32,733 nt of DNA from the NCBI GenBank assembly GCA_016235455.1, contig JACRKZ010000050.1, forward strand, positions 1 to 32,733, written 5' to 3'. The notes below the pieces were generated by a model that made no database searches, had not been told where the DNA came from, and saw only the letters and a list, made by a program, of their open reading frames with translations. Numbering within the stretch: position 1 is the first letter of the stretch; each line of letters opens with the position of its first letter. The stretch comes from Armatimonadota bacterium (GTDB lineage Bacteria; Armatimonadota; UBA10988). Made by a program: the position numbers and the translations under genes. Shown here in pieces: positions 19,130 through 27,468 of the stretch.

Positions 19130-19319
19130 CGCGGCAGGCCAATGGCGATCCCCACCGAGCACAGCCGCCCCATCGTGATCCGACGCCATGTGGATCATAT
19201 GTTTGCATAGCAGAAACCATTACTAAAGCCCGTCAGATTCGTCTCCTTGCGCGGATGTTGCGCGATGGGGCGGATCAGCGGGCGATCTCGCGGCGCGCAT
19301 CTGGTCAGAGGGACGAGTC

Positions 19320-19811
19320 ATGCCAGAGCGAGTCAAGACGCCAGCCGAGAGCCGGCCGCGACGTGGCCGGGAGGCGTTCGATCCGAGCGTGGCGCGTTTC
19401 TTCCTGGCCTTGGGCGCCGTGGGTGAGGTGAGTCGCGCCGCGCAGCTAGCCGGCGTGGACGAGGACACGGCCTGGGGCTGGCTGGATCAGATCCCTCGGC
19501 CGGCGTGGCTGACACGTCGGGCCGAGGCGGCGACCCGCATGTTCGACCTGGCCTGTGAGGCGCTGGCCCAGACCCAGCGCGTGTTGCGTGGCGAGACGGA
19601 CGAGTGCGGTGAGCCAACGGTGAAGGTTGGCCTAAGGGAGCTGGTGATGGTGGCGGAGCGGTTCTTCGCGGCAGCCCTGAAGCTCGACCGGGAAGTAGGT
19701 ACCGATGCCGACCCCGAGCTATCGATCGACCTGGGTGCGTGGGCGCAAGCGGCCGATCGCCTGGGACGGGCCCCAGCCCCATCCGGGGCAGCTGGAGGTT
19801 CTGTCGAGTAG
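19320..19811 (+). CDS. Putative terminase small subunit-like HTH protein
   Basis: HTH-like LGAVGEVSRAAQLAGVDEDTAWGW followed by helical segments; lies directly upstream of and overlaps the terminase large subunit. Confidence 0.55.
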   Translation: MPERVKTPAESRPRRGREAFDPSVARFFLALGAVGEVSRAAQLAGVDEDTAWGWLDQIPRPAWLTRRAEAATRMFDLACEALAQTQRVLRGETDECGEPTVKVGLRELVMVAERFFAAALKLDREVGTDADPELSIDLGAWAQAADRLGRAPAPSGAAGGSVE

Positions 19812-20958
19812 CGCCCGATTCCGCGTTCTGGCCTGTGGCCGCCGCTGGGGCAAGAGCCTGCTGGCGCTCATGGCCTGCCTGCTCGAAGCCAGGAAGGCCG
19901 GCGCGCAGATCTGGTATGTGGCCCCCACCTTTCGCATGGTGGACCTGCACTGGCGCACGCTGCGGCGCAACCTGCCGCCCGGCTATCCGGCGCGCCTGAA
20001 GCAGGCCGAACGCCGGCTGGTGTGTGACAACGGCGCGGAGATCGTCTTCCGCTCGGCCGACAACCCCGACCACCTGCGCGGCGTGGGCCTCGACTTCCTG
20101 GTGGTCGATGAGGCGGCCTTCATCGCCAACGGCGCGACCGCCTGGGGCGAGGCCATGCGCCCGACCCTGGCCGACCGCCGCGGGCGCGCGCTGATCATCT
20201 CTACCCCGCGCGGCCACGACTGGTTCCACAGCATGTACAGCCGCGGCCAGGACCCGGGCGAGCCCGACAGCACGGCCTTCTGGTTCCCCACGGCCAGCAA
20301 CCCGACCATCGCGCCGGGCGAGGTGGAAGCGGCGGCGCGCGAGCTGCCCCAGCGCATCTTCGAGCAAGAGTTCGAGGCGCGCTTCCTCGACGACGGCGGC
20401 TCGGTCTTCCGCGGTGTGCGGCGCGCGGCGGTGCTGGCGCCGGCCGAGCCCTATCCGGGCCGCTTCGTGGTGGGCGTCGACTGGGGCAAGCGCGACGACT
20501 TCACCGTGTTCTGCGTGCTCGATACCGAGTGCGGCGCGGTGGTGGCGCTGGAGCGGTTCAACCAGATCGACTACGCGGTCCAGACCCAGCGACTGGGCAC
20601 GCTGTGCGAGCGCTGGCGGCCGAAGCTGGTGCAGGCCGAGCAGAACTCCATCGGTGAGCCGCTGCTGGAGCAGTTGCTGCGCGACGGCCTGCCGGTGCGC
20701 GGCTTCAAGACCACCGCCGGCAGCAAGACGCGGATCATCGACAACCTGGCCCTGGCGCTCGACCAGCAGGCGCTGACCCTGCCGGCCGACCCGGTGCTGG
20801 TCTGCGAGCTGGAGGCCTACACCATGGAGCCCACGCGCTCGGGCCACTACCGCTATTCGGCGCCGCCGGGCCTGCACGACGACTGCGTGATGGCCCTGGC
20901 CTTGGCCTGGGACGCCCGCGACCAGGCCACCGACGACCTGTTGGCGGCCTTCCTATGA
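19705..20958 (+). CDS. terL: Phage terminase large subunit (ATPase plus RNase H-like nuclease)
   Basis: Q-motif PHPGQ, Walker A ACGRRWGKS, Walker B FLVVDEAA, motif III ISTPRG, FEQEF, nuclease GVDWG and HDDCVMALALA. Start uncertain. Confidence 0.92.
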   Translation: MPTPSYRSTWVRGRKRPIAWDGPQPHPGQLEVLSSSARFRVLACGRRWGKSLLALMACLLEARKAGAQIWYVAPTFRMVDLHWRTLRRNLPPGYPARLKQAERRLVCDNGAEIVFRSADNPDHLRGVGLDFLVVDEAAFIANGATAWGEAMRPTLADRRGRALIISTPRGHDWFHSMYSRGQDPGEPDSTAFWFPTASNPTIAPGEVEAAARELPQRIFEQEFEARFLDDGGSVFRGVRRAAVLAPAEPYPGRFVVGVDWGKRDDFTVFCVLDTECGAVVALERFNQIDYAVQTQRLGTLCERWRPKLVQAEQNSIGEPLLEQLLRDGLPVRGFKTTAGSKTRIIDNLALALDQQALTLPADPVLVCELEAYTMEPTRSGHYRYSAPPGLHDDCVMALALAWDARDQATDDLLAAFL

Positions 20959-21079
20959 GAGCGAAGAACGGTGTCAGGCACGAGCGGCACTGACGCTCCG
21001 GGCCAACCCAGGCCGTAATGTGGTCGCGATCCTGAATCAGTCGAGGCTGGCGAAGGTCATCGGAGTTGGAGACAGCCAG

Positions 21080-22065
21080 ATGGCCAACGCCCGCCGCCGT
21101 GATTGAATCCCAGACCTGAGCCAGCCCCTGCCTGGCTTGGCCCATCCTGTCTGGTAGCGCTACCTGCCGTGCGCCGTGGTCGGTGCCTTGGCGCGGGGCT
21201 GCGGGGTGCGCGGCTATCGGCGCGTGTATGATCCGTTGGTCGTGTTGTGGGCCCTGGTGGACGACGCGCTGAGCGGCAACCTCAGCCTGGAAGCGCAGGT
21301 CGAGCGGCTGGCGGCGGTGTCAGGCCGCGAACTGAGCGCGGGCAGCGGGGCCCTATGTCGAGCGCGGCAGCGCCAGCCGGTGGCCCTGATGCGGGCCTGC
21401 GCGGAGCATGTTGCGCGCGTGGCGGCCGGCTTCCAACGCAACGCTGGGTCGTGGGTCGACTACGCGGTCGACGGGTCCTACACGGCGTTGCTGGACAGTC
21501 CGGCCAATCAGGAGCGCGATCCGCAGTCGGCTTGTCAGCGGGCAGGTTGTGGCTGGCCGCTGCTGCACGCCGTAGCTCTGGTGGACCAGGGCACGGGTTG
21601 CAGCGTGGCCATGTCGCTGGGCGGACTGGGCGACCATGACGCCAAGCTGGCCCGCCCCTTGTGGGACCGCCTGGCGCGCGGCGACCGAGTGGTCATGGAT
21701 CGGGGGTTCGCCTCGTACGGCATGTTGACCGCGGCCCAGCGGCGGGGCTGGACGGTGGTCATGCGGCAGCACCAACGCCGGCTCAACAGCGAGCCGTTGA
21801 CGGGCGACGGTGACGACCGGCTGGAGACCTGGTCGGTGCCCAACAAGCGCCCTGACTGGTGGGATGCGCAGCGGCCGGCGCGGCAGGCGGTGCGCGTGGT
21901 GCGGCAGCGGCGGCGTGATGGCACTCAGCACCAACGTTGGCGCGGAGCAGTTGAGCCACGCCGAGGTGCTGGCCCTGTACGAGCAGCGCTGGCGCATCGA
22001 GACGCGCTTCCTCGAACTCAAGCACTACCTGGCCATCGAGCCAGTGTGCGCGCGCCAACGGTCCC
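21080..22065 (+). pseudogene. IS4-family transposase pseudogene
   Basis: YAVDGS and VVMDRGF (D, D). The IS4 YREK signature YEQRWRIETRFLELK lies in another frame after a shift near 21923. Two in-frame stops follow ATG 21080, and the C-terminus is missing. Confidence 0.85.
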
Positions 22066-22106
22066 GGCTGCGGCGTAACGCCGGCTGCGGCGTAACGCCG
22101 GCTGCG
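22064..22106 (+). repeat. 17-bp tandem repeat, about 2.5 copies
   Basis: CCGGCTGCGGCGTAACG x2 plus CCGGCTGCG. Confidence 0.9.
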
Positions 22107-22236
22107 ATGCCGAACAGCAGGAGCGGCTGCTCGGTGCCGCGCGGCCCGCGCGCCAGTCTTGTCCCTGACAGACCCCGTCGCTCGCGCCTATGATGGCCGT
22201 GGCACACGTCGTTGCAGTGGCCGCGGGAGAGCAGGG

Positions 22237-25125
22237 ATGCGCCGAGCGACGTGTTGGATCCTCCAATTGGCTGCGCTGGCCGGGCTGGTAGGCTGTGGCG
22301 GCTCATCGCCGTCGAGCACGGTGGCCCCCAAGCCGTTGCCGGGCACCGCCAAGTTCCACATCGACGTGGCCTCGGGCCAGGTCAGCATCACCCCCAGCAC
22401 CACCGGCTCGCGCGCCATCCTGCTCGGCGGATCGGCCGGGTTCACGACCAGCACACTGCTCGACCAGCCGGGCAACACCGGCCTCAGGATCCTCAATGTG
22501 GCGGTCAGCAACGGCTGGGTGCAGGACATCGGCCGCCAGCCCGACGGCGTCGTGACCGGCCTGCGCGTGCTGTTCAGCCCGTTCGTCACCGCCCAGGCCT
22601 TTGCCGATCTACGCCCCAAGGTCACCGTCAGCGCCCTCGTCGCGTCGGCCACCGACGACAGTGTCGATGGGCCGCTGGCGACCGCCGCCATGCGCGCACC
22701 AACCGGCGCCGCAGTCGGACCCGATGGGTCGATCTACATCACGGACGCCGCAGCCAACCGCGTGCGCAAGATCCGCGCCGGGTTCGTCAGCACGCTGGCC
22801 GGCAGCGGCACCGGCGGCCCAGGCGACGGCCTGGGCACGGCCGCCCAACTGGCCCAGCCCGCGGGCATCGCGATCAACCCGCGCGATGGCGCGTTGATCG
22901 TCACCGAGCTCTCGGGCCATCGCGTGCGGCGCATCACGCCCGAGGGCCGCGTCACGACCATCGCGGGCGGCACGACGTCTGGCGGGGCCAACGGCCTGGG
23001 CAACGTGGCCACCTTCACCAACCCGTTTGGCGCGGCTGTGGCCGCCGATGGCACCATCTATGTGGTAGAGCGCAACGGCCATCGCGTGCGGCGCATTGTG
23101 CAGTCCGGCGCCGACCCGACGTTGCCTGGCAGCTACACGGTCAGCACGCTGGCCGGCTCCGGCGCGCCCGGACTGCGCGATGGCGTGGGTGCCGAGGCGC
23201 AGTTCTCCTTTGCCTCGGGCCTGACCATAGGGCCCGACGGTCGTCTGTATGTGGCCGACACGGGCAACCATCGCATCCGCCTGGTCAGCCCCGACGGCGC
23301 CGTGGTCACCATTGCCGGCGCCGGCCCGCAGACCAGCCTCGATGGTGATGGCGCCGTCGCCACGTTCAACCAGCCGATCGGCGTGGTGTGGGCCGGACAG
23401 GCACTGATCGTCACCGAGGACGCCGGCCGCGTGATCCGCCAGGTAAGCCTGCGCGCCGGCGGCACCGCTTCACCGGCCAACCCACGTAGCTGGTCGGTGC
23501 AGACCTTGGCTGGCAACCCCGCGTCGAGCACGGTGGTGCTCAACGGCGACGGCACGGCAGCCACGTTCGCCGGCCTGCGCCTGCCCGCGGTCGATGCGCG
23601 CGGGACGCTCGTCGTGCCGGAAGCCACCAACCGCGCTATACGCCTGGTGACGCCGCCCAACGGGCTGTTCCCGGTGGGCACGGTCAGCGGCGCGGGTGAC
23701 GGCAGCCTGGTCCGGCTGGCCAGTGCCGACGGCGTCATCCCCAACTCGCTCTTTGGCGCCAACCTGCCGTTCGTCAGCTACACCGGCGTGGTAGCGCCGG
23801 GCGGCAGCACCGCGGCCAAGCCCTGGGTGTTCGCCGTGCCCGCGGGTGTGGCGGCGTTCGAGTTCATGGTCACCGTGGAGGCCGACACGGCCGTCGCCGC
23901 GCCGCCCGAAGCCGTGGTCAACGCCAGCGCCGGCGTCCGCGTCGTCGGCTCGCCCAACGTGCGCGTGCGCACCTATGCCGGCGGCGACGCCGGCCTGCTC
24001 GACGGTGATGTTGGTCTGGCCCGGTTCGGCGCCATTCACGGCCTGGCGCGCGATGCGCAAGGCCGGCTTTACGTGACTGACGGCAACAACCGGGTGCGCT
24101 GCGTCGAGCCCAACGGCCGCGTCTACACCATCGCCGGCTCGACGCTGCCCGCTACCATCGCCGAGGTACCGGTCGACGGACCGGGCAACACCGCGCAACT
24201 GGCTCAGCCGCGAGGCATCGCGGTCAGTGCCGACGGTGATGCAGTCTATGTCGCCGAACTGGGTCGGAGCCGGATCCGGCTGGTCACGCTGACTGGCCCG
24301 GACCGGTTCAACTCGGCGAACTGGACCGTGACGTCGGTGGCCGGCGGAGCGTTGTTCAACGCCGCGCAGAACGGCACGGTCAAGGGCGACAAGGCCAGCT
24401 TCGGCGGGGTGTCGGGCCTGCTGCTGGCCACCGCCGACGACCTGTACGTGTGCGAACCGCTGGGCAACCGCGTCCGCCGAGTGCGCTTTGTGGGCGGCGA
24501 TCGCCGAGTCGCGGCCAACTGGGAGGTCTCCCTCGTGGCGGGCGACGCGAGCCTGCGCGAGGGCGCCCCGGGCGATACCGACGGACTGGGCGCCGCCGCG
24601 CGCTTCAGCCAACCCCAAGGCCTGGCCATGGACCGCTCCGGCCTGCTCTATGTGGCCGAGGCCTCGGCCTCGCGCATCCGGCGCATCGATAACGCCGGCG
24701 GCCTCCCTGGCGCGGCACGCGTGTCGTTCTGGGCCGGCGCGCCCACCGTGACGGCGTCGGCCCGCTTCTCCCTGGCCGATGGCACCAGCGCCACGGCGCG
24801 ATTCAGTTCGCCCGTGGGGCTCGGCATCGATGCCGCGGGCTACGTGTACGTGTGCGACTACCAGAACCGCCGCATCCGCCGCATCGGACCCAATGCCGAG
24901 GTCGCCACGGTGGCCGGGTCGGGCACGGCAAACGCCGTCTTCGACGGGCTCACCGACGGCACCAACAATACCGTCTTCTTTGGCGAAAACCAGGACGGCA
25001 CCGGCGCCACGGCCCAGTTTGGCCAGGCCCGCTGCCTGCTGGTCGACCCCAGCGGCTCGATCTACGTAGGCGACGGCACTCGCCTCCGGCTCATCGAGCG
25101 GACGGTGTCGCCCGCGCCCACGTGA
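22237..25125 (+). CDS. NHL-repeat beta-propeller lipoprotein
   Basis: Lipobox LVGC then GGSS. Many P-x-G-x-A-x-x-x-DG-x-x-Y-V-x-D-x-x-N-x-R-x-R repeats with DG..AxF spacers, in two blocks. Start moved to ATG 22237 (GGAG upstream). Confidence 0.88.
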   Translation: MRRATCWILQLAALAGLVGCGGSSPSSTVAPKPLPGTAKFHIDVASGQVSITPSTTGSRAILLGGSAGFTTSTLLDQPGNTGLRILNVAVSNGWVQDIGRQPDGVVTGLRVLFSPFVTAQAFADLRPKVTVSALVASATDDSVDGPLATAAMRAPTGAAVGPDGSIYITDAAANRVRKIRAGFVSTLAGSGTGGPGDGLGTAAQLAQPAGIAINPRDGALIVTELSGHRVRRITPEGRVTTIAGGTTSGGANGLGNVATFTNPFGAAVAADGTIYVVERNGHRVRRIVQSGADPTLPGSYTVSTLAGSGAPGLRDGVGAEAQFSFASGLTIGPDGRLYVADTGNHRIRLVSPDGAVVTIAGAGPQTSLDGDGAVATFNQPIGVVWAGQALIVTEDAGRVIRQVSLRAGGTASPANPRSWSVQTLAGNPASSTVVLNGDGTAATFAGLRLPAVDARGTLVVPEATNRAIRLVTPPNGLFPVGTVSGAGDGSLVRLASADGVIPNSLFGANLPFVSYTGVVAPGGSTAAKPWVFAVPAGVAAFEFMVTVEADTAVAAPPEAVVNASAGVRVVGSPNVRVRTYAGGDAGLLDGDVGLARFGAIHGLARDAQGRLYVTDGNNRVRCVEPNGRVYTIAGSTLPATIAEVPVDGPGNTAQLAQPRGIAVSADGDAVYVAELGRSRIRLVTLTGPDRFNSANWTVTSVAGGALFNAAQNGTVKGDKASFGGVSGLLLATADDLYVCEPLGNRVRRVRFVGGDRRVAANWEVSLVAGDASLREGAPGDTDGLGAAARFSQPQGLAMDRSGLLYVAEASASRIRRIDNAGGLPGAARVSFWAGAPTVTASARFSLADGTSATARFSSPVGLGIDAAGYVYVCDYQNRRIRRIGPNAEVATVAGSGTANAVFDGLTDGTNNTVFFGENQDGTGATAQFGQARCLLVDPSGSIYVGDGTRLRLIERTVSPAPT

Positions 25126-25211
25126 CCGACGCCGCGTCGGCGCCGTCCGCGCGGCTTGCCAGGAGACACCGCCGTCGGTAGACTGAGGCCGACACGGTCG
25201 GGAGCCGTAAC

Positions 25212-26492
25212 GTGCTGGGTGTGCTCGATGAGCTACGTGACCTGACCGATCCCATTCGCATCGCCGTGGTGGGCGCCGGCGCCATGGGTCTGGGTCTGGT
25301 CCGCCAGATTGCGCTGACGCCGGGCCTGACCTGTGTCGGCGTGGCCGACCTTCGCCTCGACCGCGCCGAGGCCGCTGCCCTGGCCACCGGCCGGCCCTAC
25401 CAGGTGTGCGACAGTGCCGCGCAGGTGCACGGCGCCATCGGCGCGGGGCGGATGGTCGTCTGTGCCGACGGCCGGCTGCTGGCTGCCGCGGCCGGCGTCG
25501 AGGTGCTGCTCGAGGCGTCCAGCGCCGTGCTGAACGCTGCCGAGACCGCCCTGACCGCCGTACGGCACGGGCAGCATCTGGTGCTCATGAACGCCGAGAT
25601 CGACGCCGCCTTTGGTCCCGTTCTGGCCGCCGAGGCCGCGGCGCACGGCGTGGTCATGACCGGTTGCGACGGCGACCAGCATGGTGTGCTCAAGCGCCTG
25701 TGGGACGAGGTCGTGCTATGGGGCTTCGAGCCGGTGATGGCCGGCAACCAGAAGGGCTTTCTCGACCGCTACGCCAACCCCACGACCATCGTGCCCGAGG
25801 CCGACAAGCGCCGGCTCGACTACCGCATGTGCACCGCCTACACCGACGGCTCCAAGCTCAACATCGAGATGAGCCTGCTGGCCAACGGCCTCGGCCTGAC
25901 CATCGCCCAGCCCGGCATGCTCGGCCCGCGCGCGGCCCATGTGCACGAGGCCTTCGACCGCTTCGACCTGGCGGCGCTGCGCGGCACGCACGGCGCCGTG
26001 GCCGACTACCTGCTGGGCGCGGAGCCCGGCGGCGGCGTGTTCGTCATCGGCTACTGCGACGATCCCTACCAGGCCGACATGCTGGCCTACTACAAGCTCG
26101 GCGATGGGCCGTTCTATCTGTTCTACCGACCGTACCACCTGTGCCATCTGGAGGTCGCCGGCTGCGTGCTGCTCGCCGCGCGACACGGACGCGCCCTGCT
26201 CGCGCCACGCCATGGGCTGCGCACGCAGGTCATCGCCTATGCCAAGCGGCCGTTGCGGGCCGGTGAGCGGCTCGACGGGCTCGGCGGCTACACCTGCTAC
26301 GGCCAGATTGAGCTGACCGCGGCAGCCAAGACGCCGGGCCTGCCCATCATCCTGGCCGACGACGTGGTCCTGGCCCGCGACATCGCCCAGGACGAGCGAC
26401 TGGCCTGGACCGACGCCGACATGCCTGACGACCGGCTCGACGTGCGCCTGCATCGGGCCAGCCTGGCGCTCACGCCGGGGTCCGGCGCATGA
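25212..26492 (+). CDS. NAD(P)-dependent oxidoreductase with C-terminal SAF domain (homoserine dehydrogenase-like, COG4091 type)
   Basis: Rossmann VVGAGAMG, MNAEID, DGDQHG, DGSKLNIE, LFYRPYHL, SAF-like AKRPLRAGERLDGLGG. Confidence 0.85.
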   Translation: MLGVLDELRDLTDPIRIAVVGAGAMGLGLVRQIALTPGLTCVGVADLRLDRAEAAALATGRPYQVCDSAAQVHGAIGAGRMVVCADGRLLAAAAGVEVLLEASSAVLNAAETALTAVRHGQHLVLMNAEIDAAFGPVLAAEAAAHGVVMTGCDGDQHGVLKRLWDEVVLWGFEPVMAGNQKGFLDRYANPTTIVPEADKRRLDYRMCTAYTDGSKLNIEMSLLANGLGLTIAQPGMLGPRAAHVHEAFDRFDLAALRGTHGAVADYLLGAEPGGGVFVIGYCDDPYQADMLAYYKLGDGPFYLFYRPYHLCHLEVAGCVLLAARHGRALLAPRHGLRTQVIAYAKRPLRAGERLDGLGGYTCYGQIELTAAAKTPGLPIILADDVVLARDIAQDERLAWTDADMPDDRLDVRLHRASLALTPGSGA

Positions 26493-27376
26493 AGCTGGCC
26501 ATCCTGGTCGTCTATCGGCTGACCGATGATCTGCTGCCGCTGCTGGACCTGCACCTGGCGCGCATCGCGCGGCACACCACGGTGCCCTACACGCTGTATG
26601 GCGCGGCTGTCAGCCTCGGCGAGGGCGCCCGGCAGCGGCTCTCGGCCCAGCCCCATGTCGTCCTGCCCGAGTTGGTTGGCACCACCGCGACCGACAAGCA
26701 CGAACACGCGCACTACCTGGAACAGCTCACCCAACTCGCCTTTGACCACGGCGCGGACCATGTGGTCACGCTGCACCTCGACTCCTTCCCCATCGCCGAC
26801 GGCTGGGTCGAGACGCTGCTCAGCCTCCTCTCGCCGCGTTGCCCGCTGGTCACGCTGACACGCGGCAGCACCGCCTGCCTGCTGGTCGAACGCGACTTCT
26901 ATCTGGCCCGGCGGCCACCCTATCTGCTGCCAGACGACGTGCTGGCCGAGGCCGACTGCCAGGCCTTCCTGCGCGCGGTCAACGCGCCGGCCCATTCGGG
27001 CGCCGGCCTGCTCTACGCCACGCACCAGGCTGGGCTCGAGTTCCGCGAACTGCCCGACACCACGGTGCCCGGCCAGCCCACCTGGCGCGCGCGGGTCTTC
27101 GGCGATGTGCTCTTCCACTGGGCCGCCGCGGTGCGCCAGCCACCGGTCGGCCCCTCGACGGCGACCGCCGCGGCACCCGAAGCCCTGGCCGCCACCGCCC
27201 GCACGCTGCTGCCCGCAAGCTGGCGCCGAGCCCTGCGCCACCTGCTGGCGCCACTCCTCCATCGCCACCTCGACCTGCCGCGACAGCAGGCACACGAGGC
27301 CTGGGTCGCCGGGACCTATGCGCGAATGATGGCCGACCCCGAGGCGTTCATCGAGCGGCAGCGCGGCGGGCGATGA
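26489..27376 (+). CDS. Hypothetical protein, possibly glycosyltransferase-like (GT-A)
   Basis: ATGA overlap with the upstream gene; N-terminal KLAILVV strand; DHVVTLHLDSFPIADGW resembles a degenerate DxD region. Confidence 0.55.
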   Translation: MKLAILVVYRLTDDLLPLLDLHLARIARHTTVPYTLYGAAVSLGEGARQRLSAQPHVVLPELVGTTATDKHEHAHYLEQLTQLAFDHGADHVVTLHLDSFPIADGWVETLLSLLSPRCPLVTLTRGSTACLLVERDFYLARRPPYLLPDDVLAEADCQAFLRAVNAPAHSGAGLLYATHQAGLEFRELPDTTVPGQPTWRARVFGDVLFHWAAAVRQPPVGPSTATAAAPEALAATARTLLPASWRRALRHLLAPLLHRHLDLPRQQAHEAWVAGTYARMMADPEAFIERQRGGR

Positions 27377-27468
27377 GTACGCGCAATCATCCGGCCACTC
27401 ACCCGGAAGGATAGACCAGCCGGTCGTAGAATGACATAACGTATCGATCCAAACCGACGGGAGCGGCC

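Larger units (their letters stand above)
20982..22142 (+). mobile_element. Degenerate IS4-family insertion sequence
   Basis: Contains a DDE transposase relic. Candidate terminal inverted repeats GAGCGGCACTGA (20982-20993) and TCGGTGCCGCGC (22131-22142) are 10/12 complementary. Confidence 0.65.

Noticed and set aside
21080-21176. Stop-codon recoding (in-frame TGA and TAG in the transposase N-terminus)
   Set aside because: TGA and TAG both end normal genes throughout the window, and the element has other lesions consistent with decay.
22064-22106. CRISPR array (also considered for 30588-30632)
   Set aside because: Head-to-tail repeats with no unique spacers and no cas genes.
19130-22200. Complete prophage
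   Set aside because: No integrase, portal, capsid, tail or lysis genes, and no att repeats seen.
22200-22216. Sigma54 promoter TGGCAC...TTGCA upstream of the NHL gene
   Set aside because: GG-to-GC spacing is 11 nt rather than the required 10.
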